33,155 nucleotides of DNA from the NCBI GenBank assembly GCA_900088475.1, contig FLMG01004041.1, positions 1-33,155 on the forward strand. Direction: 5' to 3'. The position numbers were made by a program, and so were the translations under genes. Under the pieces are notes generated by a model. That model was not told where the DNA came from. It searched no databases and was given only the letters and a program-made list of their open reading frames with translations. Position 1 is the stretch's first letter. Each line of letters opens with the position of its first letter. Of this stretch, positions 11,797 to 23,708 are shown piece after piece. This stretch comes from Hyphochytrium catenoides. Its lineage: Eukaryota > Protista > Hyphochytriomycota.

Positions 11797-12541
11797 ATGC
11801 CGGGCCCTAAGCCTTGCTATCAGTCTCTGTCGGGTTTCCATATCATCTCTCCTGCCTTTGAAGATTGCTTGCTTTTCTTCCTAGTTCTCTCCCTCCAAGG
11901 CCGTTACTAGCCCCATCCAGAACTACCCCAGGATCATGCCCGAATTTAGGCCATCATGACGAAAGTAACTCAGGTTCTCTCTTTGTTCTGCGAATCTTCC
12001 TGCCTGCCTTCCCTTGCTTCTTCAACCTTCAAGGTCCTCAGCTCACCCGCTGCGGGCCAGCGTGCGAGCGACAGGGACATGAGCTGCAGATAGACAGACC
12101 ATCCAGCACCACCAACAGCAAGCAAAGCAGCATCAGCACCATCACCACCAGTGGGAACACCTGCAGCGGCACCAACAGCAGCTAAACACCATCAGCAGCG
12201 CACCATCAGCTGCTCAAGGATAGCAGCGGCCAGCGGCGGTACCCTGAAAAAGAGCGGCTGCAGCGGTCTCTCTCTGTTCACTCCTCAGTGTTGAGGCACC
12301 TGAGTCCTGTAAGTGGGCCATCCTTTCTTGGTTCCTACTTTTGTTCTCTCACCCATGTGCGTGCGTGGTCCCCCATAAGCCAAAGCCTAACGCCAGCGCT
12401 ACTTCATCCCTCGCATGTATGCATCCCATCTCTCCTTGACTGAAGAAGTAATGAAGGGGAGAAAGCTTTAAGCCCTGTCAGGGCCTCCATCAGCGGGAAG
12501 CAGCATTTTTTGTAGGACCCCAGAAGGCCTCCTTAACGACG

Positions 12542-14220
12542 ATGGAGAAGCTTGAAGAGGACTCGAGCAAGCTCAAGAAGAAGCGCAAACAATTGAGCAC
12601 TGCCACCCTACAGCGCTTGGATGGACTGATCGATGCTGTGTCACGCTTCAAGCGAGCAAAGCTGGGAGGTAAGGAGTCTATGATATGCATGCATCACCGA
12701 TGCAGTTCCGACGAACCAACTCATGGCTTCTGTTACCTTCTTTCAGCAAACGCGCCATGGGGAACCACTACTGAGACCACAGAGCAACTCGAAAGCCTGT
12801 CTGCGGACACTCCCAGCGAGTTCAGCAACCTGATAAAGGGCTATAGGGCCAATGTCTCCAAGTTCACAAAGGCTACGGAGAAGGTCTCTATTGACTCCCT
12901 GTTCTCGGCTTCGGGAGTTCAATCGTCAGCACCTTACTCACGTTCTCTGCTTGTAGCTCCTGGCATCAGATGCAGATCGTGTCTTTCGAGGAGGCGGCCA
13001 CTTGTCCAAGCCGGCCATCACCCAGTGGATTCTGCAGCATTTGACCCAAGAAGGATATTTTGAGACGGCACAAAGACTTGCTGCGGTGGGTTCCTCTTTA
13101 GCAAAATCCACGAGGCTCGCAGGCATGGCTGTGGACTGACACGTAGGTTCTAGGAGACGGGCCAAGAGCCCTCCAATGAACTAATGGAAGAGCTCCAGCA
13201 CCTGTACCGGCTTATTGAAGATATTAGAGTCCGTAAGGATCTGCAACATGCTTTAAGGTAACCTATGTTCACTGTTGAAGATCCACGAGATCGCTGACTG
13301 GTCCTCTAGCTGGGCTCAAGGGCGAAGTAAAGAGCTCCAGCAAATTGGAAGTGATCTGGAATTTGCACTTCATCGGCTGGTGTTTCTTCAGATGGTCACG
13401 CGTGGACGGCCCGTGAAGGAAATCCTAGACTTTGCACAGAAGAGCCTGGGGAACTTCTCCGAAACTCACCTTCAAGGCACGAAAATACTATTACTACTTA
13501 TTGCACAGAATCATGCTTCTAAATTAGCAACCCACAGATATCCAGAAGCTCTTGTGCTGCGTGCTGTTCGTTAACCGGCTTGGAAGCTCCCCGTACGCCT
13601 CGTACACGCAGGAACAGCTATGGGAGGATGCGGAACACCTTCTTCTACGAGATGGCTGCGCTCTACTGAGCCTTCCTTATCCTTCCGCTATCTCCTCTTG
13701 GTAAGAGCTTATCGGCAGACTTCTTTGGTAGCTGATGAGCGGTAGAGGCTAAGGATTCTATCTAGCCTAGAGGCAGGAACCCTGGCCCTGCCAAAAGTGA
13801 CGAAGATGGTGAAAATCATGCCTCTAGAGCAGTGGAAAGCGCTGGATGAACTTCCGGTAAGAGTCTGACCGCAAGAGGTATCGACGTTTGCCCTCAATGC
13901 GGTTACTAAGTCAAGCGGTACTGTCACACACAGGTAGACGTCCCACTCCCTCAGCGCCTTCAGTTCCATAGCCTCTTCTCTTGTCCTGTCTCTAAGGAGC
14001 TCAGCACCCCAGCCAACCCTCCTGTGTTGCTCCGTTGTGGCCATGTCGTCTGTCGAAGCTGCGTCGATAGATTCTTGAAAAACTCCTCCAGGTGGGGTCT
14101 GATGATGAAGGGTAGGAGTGCCGTTTCTAGACATTGATCATTCCATGTTTGAACAGCTTCAAGTGTCCAACGTGCCCTGCAGAGCAAAGCGAGGAATATC
14201 TTCGCGAGATTTGTCTCTAG
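12542..14220 (+). CDS. RMND5: RMND5/Gid2 RING subunit of the CTLH/GID E3 ubiquitin ligase
   Basis: LisH/CTLH-like ILQHLTQEGYFETA, WAQ...SDLEFALHRLVFLQ, DIQKLL...SSPY, AGTLALP...ELP|VDV...FHSLFSCPVSKELSTPANPPVLLRCGHVVC...FKCPTCP degenerate RING. Eight introns including one GC-AG (13477-13537). Confidence 0.92.
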
Positions 14221-14227
14221 CTTCCCA

Positions 14228-16200
14228 TCACTCGGGCTTCTCGTACTTGGCGTGAATCCAGACTCGGAAGCGCGGCTGCTGTTGCTGTCTGTTTATATAC
14301 TGGCGCCTGATGTAGCGATTCTCGACCATTCGCAAGCCCGCTGCGGTACACAGATTATGGAAGTCGTCTGTGGAGTAATATGTGGACCAATGCATTTATC
14401 CGTGATAAGATGAGAAGTTATATGGAGGATGGAGTTAGTCATGAGATAGATCATCAGGACAGATGATGGGCTTGACGATCTACGAGCAAGGCTCACAAAC
14501 GCACCAGTCGTGAAGTAGTACGCCCGAGTGCCGTCTTGTCTGACGTAGAAGTTATCCTCTAGCTTATGCCCAGGACTGAACCGCAGCTGGGCCTGGTCGT
14601 ACCGCCCATAGTCTCGAAAGAGGAGTCTCGCACCTGGCTTCATTGCCTGGGGCACAGGAAGATAAGCAGTTTAAAAGGAAGGCAGTCGCAATGACGAAAA
14701 AGTTACGAGGGTCGTTTGATATAAGCTTTACCTGGGATAACTTTGTAAGTACGGACTGCATCCTGTTAGGGGCAATGGCCGAGAGACAGAAGAGAAGCAG
14801 GACAAGGTCAACCTTTTCCTTAACAACAGCGGAAGGCAGCGGGTCGGCGGTAATGTCGCAAACGAAGGCATGGCACCTGCCCTGACGATACAGCTCATGA
14901 GCCTGCAACGATAGAGATTCAACCCCTTCATCAGTTCACCATCATCCTTGAAAAGCAGCAAGGCCAGCAAAATCTATGAGCATTACCTTGACGAAGGATA
15001 TGGCTTGTGGCGCAAAGTCTAAGGCAAAGACTGTCAAGTTGGGATTGTGTTCAAGCAAAGGAAAAGCGGCATTGCCGACTCCACATCCTACTTCGAGAAG
15101 CGTCTTGGCCTGCAGTTCGACGTGCCGATGAGCAGCAAATTGCTAGGTCAGGGAGCTACGGAATAGAAGCGAAGAAATAGCTAGAGCTACTTGCCTGCGA
15201 GGTCGGGTTCCCCTCGTGGTCTTTCGAGCAGTCTAGCTCAGGAAACTCCAAATGTAAATAGTGCCTAGCGCAGAAATAGGTCGGTCAGCTTGCCCTTCAG
15301 AGCAGGAGAAGACAAGACGCTAAGTAGTTCCACCTGTCTTTATAGAAGTTTGTTTTGTTTCGACGATAGAAGAGGTTCCACTGTTTGCTTGCCTCACGCT
15401 CTAGTTTCTCTGAAGGATGCAGTTAGTTCAACAGCAGTCCCCCTAAGCTTCAAGATGATCAGAGACTAATAACATCGTGCCGGAAGCTCTCATGTCGAAG
15501 AGGGACTAGAAGAATCGCGCGGAAGTGCTCACCTCGCCAGAACTTGTCAAGAGTCTTAGTATCCTTTTGCAGCAGGTCCTGGGCTGCCTTCTCCCGCTCT
15601 TCAGTCCAAGCATCCTCTATCCAATGGTCTTCCATTGCAGGAGTAATAAGCTCGACTTGAGACCGCTTCGCAACATCCAGGACGCGTAAGTTTCTTTCCT
15701 TCTGAAGCTTTGAGGGACCTGGGATCAAAGACTCAGGCGGCGGCGGAGGCGCGAGGCTTGTTGGGGCACTCGAAGGTCCTTGTTCAATACTAGGGTTGGG
15801 CCAGAATCGAGAAGATTCTAGCACGGACGTGGCCTGGGCATACCAAGGAAGCAGAACTGAGAACTCATCGAGAACAACAGAGGCGTTCTCCTGGTACAAT
15901 CCGATCGGGACAGTCATGGCTGCGTAAGCCTGTCTTATAATACCTCAAGCGTTTAATGATCAGCCGTGTCACACTACTACCCACTTGAGCGCGTATGCGT
16001 TATCATAGCAGTCGGCACTTATAGCACCTGCATAGGAAGCTGACGTCGGGAGAATACTCTGGACTTGCCAGAAGATTATAAAGAGAGTTGAGCTGCTGCT
16101 CCTTGCGGCCAAGAGTCAATGTATTTGCTGAATAGCTCTGGTCGGATGATGCGAAGCTCAACAACACCCGCAGCCCCCACCACTGCCGATCTGCCATCAT
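14228..16200 (-). CDS. METTL6: tRNA N3-methylcytidine methyltransferase (METTL6/METTL2/Trm140 family) with a long N-terminal extension
   Basis: [25 protein letters not shown]|[45 protein letters not shown]...[12 protein letters not shown]. One GC-AG intron (15110-15194). The start at 16200 is tentative (needs an AAG acceptor); 15917 is an alternative Met. Confidence 0.88.
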
Positions 16201-16919
16201 CCTCGCATCTTAGTTATCAACCATGCTGCCTTTAAAGTTATCACTGATTGCGGGTGGGGCACTGGGGCGGATGGGCATCAGAAGTGCATGAGCCATTTGG
16301 CCGTAGTTATACCTCACCACGGTGCTGGGTGGGTCGTCACAGAGTGGGTTAAGGAAGGGGAGGAGTCTGGCTCGGGTTTCTTCCTATCTTGGAAGGTGAA
16401 AGGGCTTGACACCTTGTGCCTGTCAGTGTAGGAGAGAGATGACTATCTTTCTATTATTGAGAGAGATACCGTACGAGCGAAGAAGAGACAGGAGACCCTA
16501 CATGCGAAACAGAGGTTTACACAAGATGTGGCGAGAGCAACGTAAAAGACATAAGGCGCTACGCAGACAGAGCACAGAGATAGATATGAGCGGGTAACAG
16601 GTGTATGGGGTATTTTATACCTCCAGACTGGGCTGTGCTGTGCTGTGCTGTGTGCTTGTGCTGGGCTGAGTGATCGCAGTCATTGATGCGCAACGAAAGC
16701 TCTGCAGTGGTGCTTGACGCGCTCTTCTCTCTTGCAGCCTCTTGCGTTTCCAGGAGTCAGGATTCAGAACGCCTGCCTGAGACTCTTGCAGCACCTTCTC
16801 AGCTTGCCGATATCTTCTAATCGGCTTCACCTCTCGCACTTTTCAAAAGCAAGTCTTGGCGGCGCCCCTTAGGTGGGTCGGGCAATAGAGGAGCGTGGAC
16901 CTTGTCTATACTTCTTTAG

Positions 16920-18576
16920 ACTCCGAAGCTGGGGCTCCCGGATCCAGGACGCCAGGAAACGCAAATGACGATCAGCGTCAGGCAGCTTTACCGGCGGCGG
17001 CGTCAAATAGTCGTGCACCTCCAGCTCCCCCGTCTTCCACCTCCTCCAGCTCGCGAGGTGTTGTCTCGGGAGGGCCTCGTTCGGGCCAACCTGCTAGCGT
17101 AGCGTCTGTAACGAATGCGCTTGATAAAGCCAAGCTCGATGACTCCGATTGTAAGCGCTATCTCACTTGACTCTATCGCTTTGAGGACTAATGAATCAAC
17201 ATAACTTTGTTACTCTTAGCTGACGACGAAGGTGAGGCTGGTGGCCCTGCCTTCAGAGCTGAGATTGATGTCAGTACGGCTCTGAAGCACGACCCCAAAA
17301 AGAAGATATCTATCGAGGACTTCGATCTTCTCAAGGTGCTGGGCCAGGGAAGTTTCGGCAAGGTCATGCTAGTCAGGAAAAAGGACACACAAGAAGTGTT
17401 TGCCATGAAGATCTTGAAGAAATCTACTCTTCTAAAGCGTAACCAGCTGCTTCATACTAAGACTGAGCGGTATATCCTTCAGAACATCCGGCATCCTTTC
17501 ATTGTAGCACTGCAGGTAAGTTCTTAAGTTTGTGGTGCAGCTGAAGGCTAGATCCCTACGCTAAGGCCGTATCTGTAGTATGCTTTTCAAACAGAGTCGA
17601 AGCTTTACATGGTTCTAGACTTTATGGGTGGCGGGGAGCTCTTCTTTTGGTTGAAGAAAGAGAGACGCTTCAAGCCAGACAGAGTGCGATTATGGTCCAT
17701 GGAGATCTTGCTAGCGCTAGAAGATCTTCATAGGCGAGACATAATATACAGAGACCTGAAACCTGAGAACATCTTGGTAGGGCTTGATGGACACATCAAG
17801 CTAACTGACTTTGGTCTGGCCAAGGAAGCTGTGACAGGCATAGGCCCAGCAGGTACGCAGCCGAGATCGTGGGTAGAACACAAAGACTTCTCTCACCCGT
17901 TCTTTCCCGCCCTCTTTGATTGCCTTAGGTGGTACAAAAACTTTTGCTGGAACACCGGAATACCTGGCGCCGGAGATTCTCCTCAACAAGGGCCACGGTA
18001 AGGCCGTAGATTGGTGGTCCTTGGGCACACTCATGTATGAGATGCTCGCGGGTCTTCCGCCCTTCTACGACAAAAATGTACAACGGATGTATCAGAAGAT
18101 TATGCATTCGGAACTTAAGTTCCCACCCTTTATGCCCCCAGAAGCTCAGGATTGCATTGGAAAGCTTCTGATTCGGCAGGTATGTAACCGTTTATGGTGA
18201 ACCAAGGTTTAACATATTTAGCTGATGGAATGCTTGCTAAGGTGGAAGAGAGGCTGGGAAGCAAAGGTGGTGGCACTGAAATCCAGACCCATCCATTCTT
18301 TGCTGTGCTGGACGTCAACAAGGTTTTGGCAAGGTTAGTGACTTCGCGACCTCCTTTAGTTTCCTACGTCGCACTCAACTAGTCCTTAGGGAGTATGATC
18401 CTGGATGGAAGCCCCCGCAGGATGATGTCATTGGCAATTTTGATACAGAGTTTACTACGATGCATGTGATGGATACCCCTGTGACAAGCTCTATGAGCGT
18501 AACGGGACAGGAGAAAGTTGCGCAAGCCCTACAGAACTTCACATACGATGGTAGCTCCATTGCACCAAGAGATTAG
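16920..18576 (+). CDS. AGC family Ser/Thr kinase 2 (paralogue of kinase 1); first exon and start codon not resolved
   Basis: [53 protein letters not shown]; five introns downstream of the TTTAG acceptor at 16919. Confidence 0.93.
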
Positions 18577-18690
18577 CTAAGATGGACAGTCATCTATAAC
18601 GCATGTGGAACTGATTGACCAGGGGTCATGATGGTGATCAGTCAACATAGTTCATGCAACTAGTATAAGTTGAAGTTAAATTTGCAACGG

Positions 18691-19991
18691 TTAAATCACA
18701 CTGCCGAATTTGGTACGGCCTGACATCGAGGCTGCGGGGGCGCTCTTATAGGAAGATAAGGCCTGCTTGCCAATGGCGTGGTAACGCTTATATGAGCCAG
18801 GACCTGGGTCAGTTATGACGATGGGTAGTTAGGAGGGCGTGCGACGGAGACCTTCAGTTGAAGAAATAGTAGTCATTTACCGGGAACCTCGTCATGGCTC
18901 ATCCTGGAGCCGATTGGTGCGTGATTCCGGCCGGCAACGCTGAAGGAATAGGCAGCTGGCGCACGGATTGAACGGGAAGCAAAGAGAGAGCTAGCAAGTA
19001 AGCACAGTCTGAAGTCAAGTTCGCGAAAAATGGTACGGCCCGAACCTGAGCTCTTCTTGGTAGAGATTGGCTGGGGACCCGTAGCAGTGACAGGTGTCTT
19101 ATATTCTCCTGCAGATAAATACGAGCACACATCAGATTAAGAATATCCAACTTGAGGACCTCTCACATCTACCTGGGCCGACATCGCCAGCTGACTCTAT
19201 CAAGAGAGGTGGCCTTGCACCCGTTCCGAAGGTTGCACAGCCTCCCGATGTCTGGGTCGTGTAACAGATTAGGAGAGTTCATACGGACTGCATGATCACA
19301 CCATAGGGGCATTACCTCCTTTAATAAACCAACTGGCACTTCATAGTCACCCGGACCGGGGGTCTTGCAAGCTTCTTTGGCGGAACTCCATCTTTTCCCT
19401 AGAGGATATGCTGGTGCTCTTGACTCATTGGGATTGACTATCTTGCTGGTATATTGCCCTATATAAATGAGCACAGGGATCGTGTCTCAGACAAAGTTAG
19501 GCGTTAGGTCGTACTCGTGATGCTTGATCACCTGGGCCTGGAAGGTTACTCGCTGCCTTCAAGTTGGCAGTGGATCCAAATTTTTCTCTTCCCCTTACAG
19601 AAAAGGACGGTGCCGATTTCTTTGTGCTATCAACCGAGGCTCCTATCGTCGATGGAACCGGATACTGCCCTGGACCCTGAGGGTCAGACATGTCAGCCAA
19701 TTAATCCGCTGAGAAGGGCCATGGTTTTCTCGAGACACATACCGGTACATCTCTCCCTCGAGGTTCCAGAGGTGGACGCGTGGATGTCCCAAAGCCTAGG
19801 GGACAGAGCGTGACGAGTTATTGGGGCACTATCAGCTTGAAGCTTAACCTCCAAGACAACTTACTAATGGATGGTGATGTCTTCTTGGTGGAGTCATGCT
19901 GCGGTCCCACTGAGCTCTTTATGTCATCAAACCCAATGTATGTGACCATTTTGGACTCAGCCTTAAGAGGGTCGGTGTCATTGTTATCCAT
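18691..19991 (-). CDS. ODF3/CIMAP1-like SHIPPO (PGP)-repeat ciliary microtubule-associated protein
   Basis: Spliced product MDNNDTDPL... has repeated PGPGQY, PGPGDY, VGPGEY and PGPGSY units followed by STKK..P.FS-type segments, and ends GRTKFGSVI*. Six GT-AG introns. Confidence 0.8.
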
Positions 19992-20757
19992 CTTCCCGAC
20001 GGCCCGAAGCTGGCCTTGGGTCTGCTCAAGGGTTCCGACTTTAAACTAGTGCTTTCAAGGACTGCAATAGGAGATTCTCTGCCCGCAAGAGAACCAAGAC
20101 GGTTCGTTCTCTCTTCCTGGAGACTTTCGTGCACGAAAGCCTCCCTTCAGAGTTCCAAACGCCCTACTTTCTGATGTCTCACCTAGTTGAATCTGGTTCG
20201 CAACTCTGCGCTTCGTATTGCTCTTGAGCTCCCTAGCGCGGCGCGGAAGCTCTCAATCATTCTTCCCTACATCCACATCACTTTCATGCTGTCAATGCGA
20301 AGGCGGCCGCCTTCCTTCAGACCCGAGCGGTGGGAGAGAAGAGGAGGTGAAGAAGCCCACAGATGCAGATGACCTTCAATAAGGAGGTTAGCGGCTACTG
20401 ATGCAGAACAATGTAACGCCAAAATGTGATAATCAAATTGAGGTAACTAGTTGTGAAAGCTCTGCTCCATCATCGACCATCAACTATCCGAAAGCTGGTT
20501 GAGCTTCTTCTGAGGGAAGGCTGAGGACTGAAGACTGAAGACTAGGAGAGTCAGAGCGATGACCATTTGAAGCTCTTCAATGTGACATTGGATTCAAATA
20601 TAATAGGACCAACTTCTTACCGCTTCGTGTCCGTCAGCAGACGTCTGTATGAGACAGCGGAAGCAGTGCTCCGCCTTGGGCCGCTCTGCGGGCCACCGCT
20701 GTCGCCGAGGCAAGAGGGATATGCTGCTCCGGCCCTTTCGAAGGGGCCCAAAAGACC

Positions 20758-21830
20758 ATGACTACGGGTGTGCATGGAGCCAATTTTGAACGTGTGGAAC
20801 GCTATTTGTTTACCCCTAACTCTGATTATGAAGAAGCGGTTGAGGTGGTGATACGAGAGGTGAGCTACAGTCATCAAACCACTTCCATGCCGCACCCCTT
20901 TTCGCATTTTAAAGACAATTTCTCTTCCAGGACCTATCAGGAGATCAGTTTGGGCTCTTTGTATGGCCCAGCGGCCATGTCCTTGCACATTACATCTGGA
21001 GTCAGAAGAGTGCCTTTGCGGGAAAGACTGTCGTAGAGCTCGGTGCTGGTGCCGCTCTACCAAGCCTGCTGTGTGCCAAGCTAGGGTGCGAGGTGCAGTC
21101 GATAGGGCATTTGGGACCACTGGAAGTTCATTTTATTCAATCTTTCCGTTCTTCTGCAGGTAACCATTACTGACCAGCCTTCGGAACTTCTCTTGAGCAA
21201 CATTCGAGCTTCAGTCCAACTGAACGCGCTTGATGAGTTCTGTTCCGTGGTACTAACTTCAAAAAACTCTGACGTGACGAGATTCTTAACAACACTAAGG
21301 CCATGCTTCTAACCGCAGCATCCTCTATCTTGGGGCTGGTTTACTGAGGACATCTTCACAATATGCTCCAAAGCGCCAGAAATCATACTGGCCTCGGACT
21401 GCTTTTATAATTCTGAAGGTGCAACAAAGATGTTGCCTATCTTGCTTTTGTTACTGATAGCATCTGACTGCACCGTCGCCGTTATAACAGACTTTGAGGA
21501 TGTTATTGCAACGATATACTTTCTCTTGAATAATTCGACTGGCAAACGCGCCAAGTGCTACGTAACTTACCACGAAAGGAGGTGAGGTTTCTCCGCGGCA
21601 ACAGCTCTTGAAACCAGGCACTAACATGAAAGCTTTTCCCCAAAAGCTCAAACCGGTCGATTGGTAGCTTACTGACAAAATGGCGACTAGATGCATTGGT
21701 GGTACCCCTCGAGGCATTCATCCCCGAGGAAGCTTTCCTCACTTCATTTCTGAGTATCTCCATGATGGAGCTTAGTCTAACATCCACAGCCGCAAAGGGA
21801 TCACCAGGCGGTGTTACACATAAATATTAG
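20758..21830 (+). CDS. METTL23: Methyltransf_16 family protein methyltransferase, METTL23-like
   Basis: FGLFVWPSGHVLAHYIW...GKTVVELGAGAALPSL, ITD, LSWGWF, IILASDCFY...DFEDVIATIYFLL...YHERS. Five GT-AG introns. Confidence 0.87.
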
Positions 21831-21867
21831 ATGAAGGCAAAGGCCCGGTTATTCCCCTTTCCTCAAC

Positions 21868-22727
21868 CTATGCCTGGGAGCGTACAGGAGGAATAACGTG
21901 CCGCGAGCCCAGCGGATGCGGTCGCTTGTTTCTTCGGCGTCGCGATTGATCTCGGGTAGCCACCTTACTCTCTGGGCGAGCACCATCTGCAGCGGAAGTT
22001 GGATTAGACTGTGGGGTGGAAGTAGAAGACAGAGACTTGGCTTGCTCTTCCCATCGTTCCTTGACTTCCTTAGGAATAAGCCCACAAATTGGGTCGTAAA
22101 CCAGCCAGTCGTCAGGCCTCGCGGCAGTAGCATTGGTACCACGTGTTCTGGCATGACTTGTCTCACTTAGTGACGGCTCTGATGCCGATCGAGAGGGGGC
22201 CTTCAGAGAAGGATTCGCGATGAACTGTCTCCTATTTGGTGACCTTTGGTTAAGCTGGGGTGACGAAGTTTGTTGTTGCAACTTCGTTCGTTGATGACAA
22301 ACCGTACCGTCGACCGGCTCTAGATCAGGAACTTCCCCTTCAGCGCCTTCACTTTCCCTGTCCATTTAACAGCCATGATTAGCCCCGAACAATACGCCTC
22401 TCGACCTAGACTTGGACCTCTCACTTACCGAATTGTTCCGAATCCTGCGCTAAGTAGTAGGTCAGCCGCTGTCTCAAAGCCTAGGCCATCGAGAATGACT
22501 ACTAGCCATCGCCTACCATACCAGCTAATAAGAAGCAAACCGGCCGTACTTGCGAAACCAGCTGGGTTACGCTGGAGCCATGTTGCCGGAACCATAATCA
22601 CAGGGTGCTCTTGCAGAAGGGCATAAAGGTCTTTGCGGTCATTGGCATAGAGCTGTTGGGCAAGATCATAGCCGACCTTCATGAGCAGCAGTAGGACTGC
22701 CAGCTGAATCATGCCGGAGACAGTCAT
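21868..22727 (-). CDS. Hypothetical membrane protein (hydrophobic N-terminus, basic disordered C-terminus)
   Basis: ORF 22425-22727 joins ORF 21868-22365 in frame via a GTAAGT...GGACAG phase-2 intron. Two or three hydrophobic segments and a compact motif DDWLVYDPICGLIPKEVKERWEE. Confidence 0.65.
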
Positions 22728-23708
22728 TATCTCCCAGGTTAATCCGTCAAATTGTATGTGGCCGAGGTGCGTGCTTCATTAACCTACGGCTGAATAACTG
22801 CAACGAGTCCTCGACACCCAATTAGGGATCCCACATTCCGTTTCGTTGGACTACTCCTTGTCCTTGTAACTATTCATGAGTGAGCTTATTTGTTGGTCGT
22901 TGTCATAGGGAGCAAACACAACGTGACGAGCCTCAAACAATCGGTGGTGCGCGAAACGATAGTGCTTATGTTGGGCGAAGGAAAGGAAGCGATCGGAGAA
23001 GACGAACCTGAGATGAAGATTTGGCGAATGAGCAGTGGAGAGTCAGAGCGCTGCTGATGTGTGAGTCGTGAGTTGAGTCTGACAAGGCCGACGGGCAGGC
23101 AGCAGAGCTGGAAACTGGAAGAGGACAGAGCAGACGAGCTTTATCACTGCAAAGCAGGAACGCAGCCTCAACAGCAGCAACAGACCTACCTCCACAGCAC
23201 CCTCGGGCATAGCATATTTCAGGAATAGATGCAGTATATATGGTCGTATTAGGAAATGGCTATGTCTCCTATTCGAAACTACTCCTCTGTGGCTGCAAAT
23301 TACCCCAAGTCGGACTTCCCAAGCACAGCTCCTACGGTGCCCGTGTCCGAGAAGAGGGTACCCTGCTTTCTTGGGGTTCTCATTCGTGTGTGTGTTTTAC
23401 TGGTATACTTGTGCATATTTACTTATCAAAGTACATAGTCCTTTGTACTTATGGACTTGTACTTGGTCTGTGGATGAAGAGTGTAACCCGAACCGCCAGC
23501 GCCGACATGAGAACTCCGTCGGCATCATCGCCTTCTGGGGTGCTATGGCCTGTTATTGGTGATGGAGGGAGCGATGAGAGAGGAGGCGACGGCAGCTTCC
23601 AAGAGCGCAACGCGGAGCAAGCTCACACCGTGGCGGGCTCCGAGGGTCAGATGGCTTGCGGGACAGGTGCTGAATAGCGTGGAGAGGAAGGGATCATTGT
23701 ACCTCAAA

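Noticed and set aside
11485-11910. ORFs spanning the CT microsatellite and N gap
   Set aside because: Artefacts of simple repeats and Ns (LSLSLS/ERERES translations).
23000-23700. Overlapping short ORFs upstream of KAS
   Set aside because: No recognisable homology or consistent exon structure; more likely promoter or UTR.
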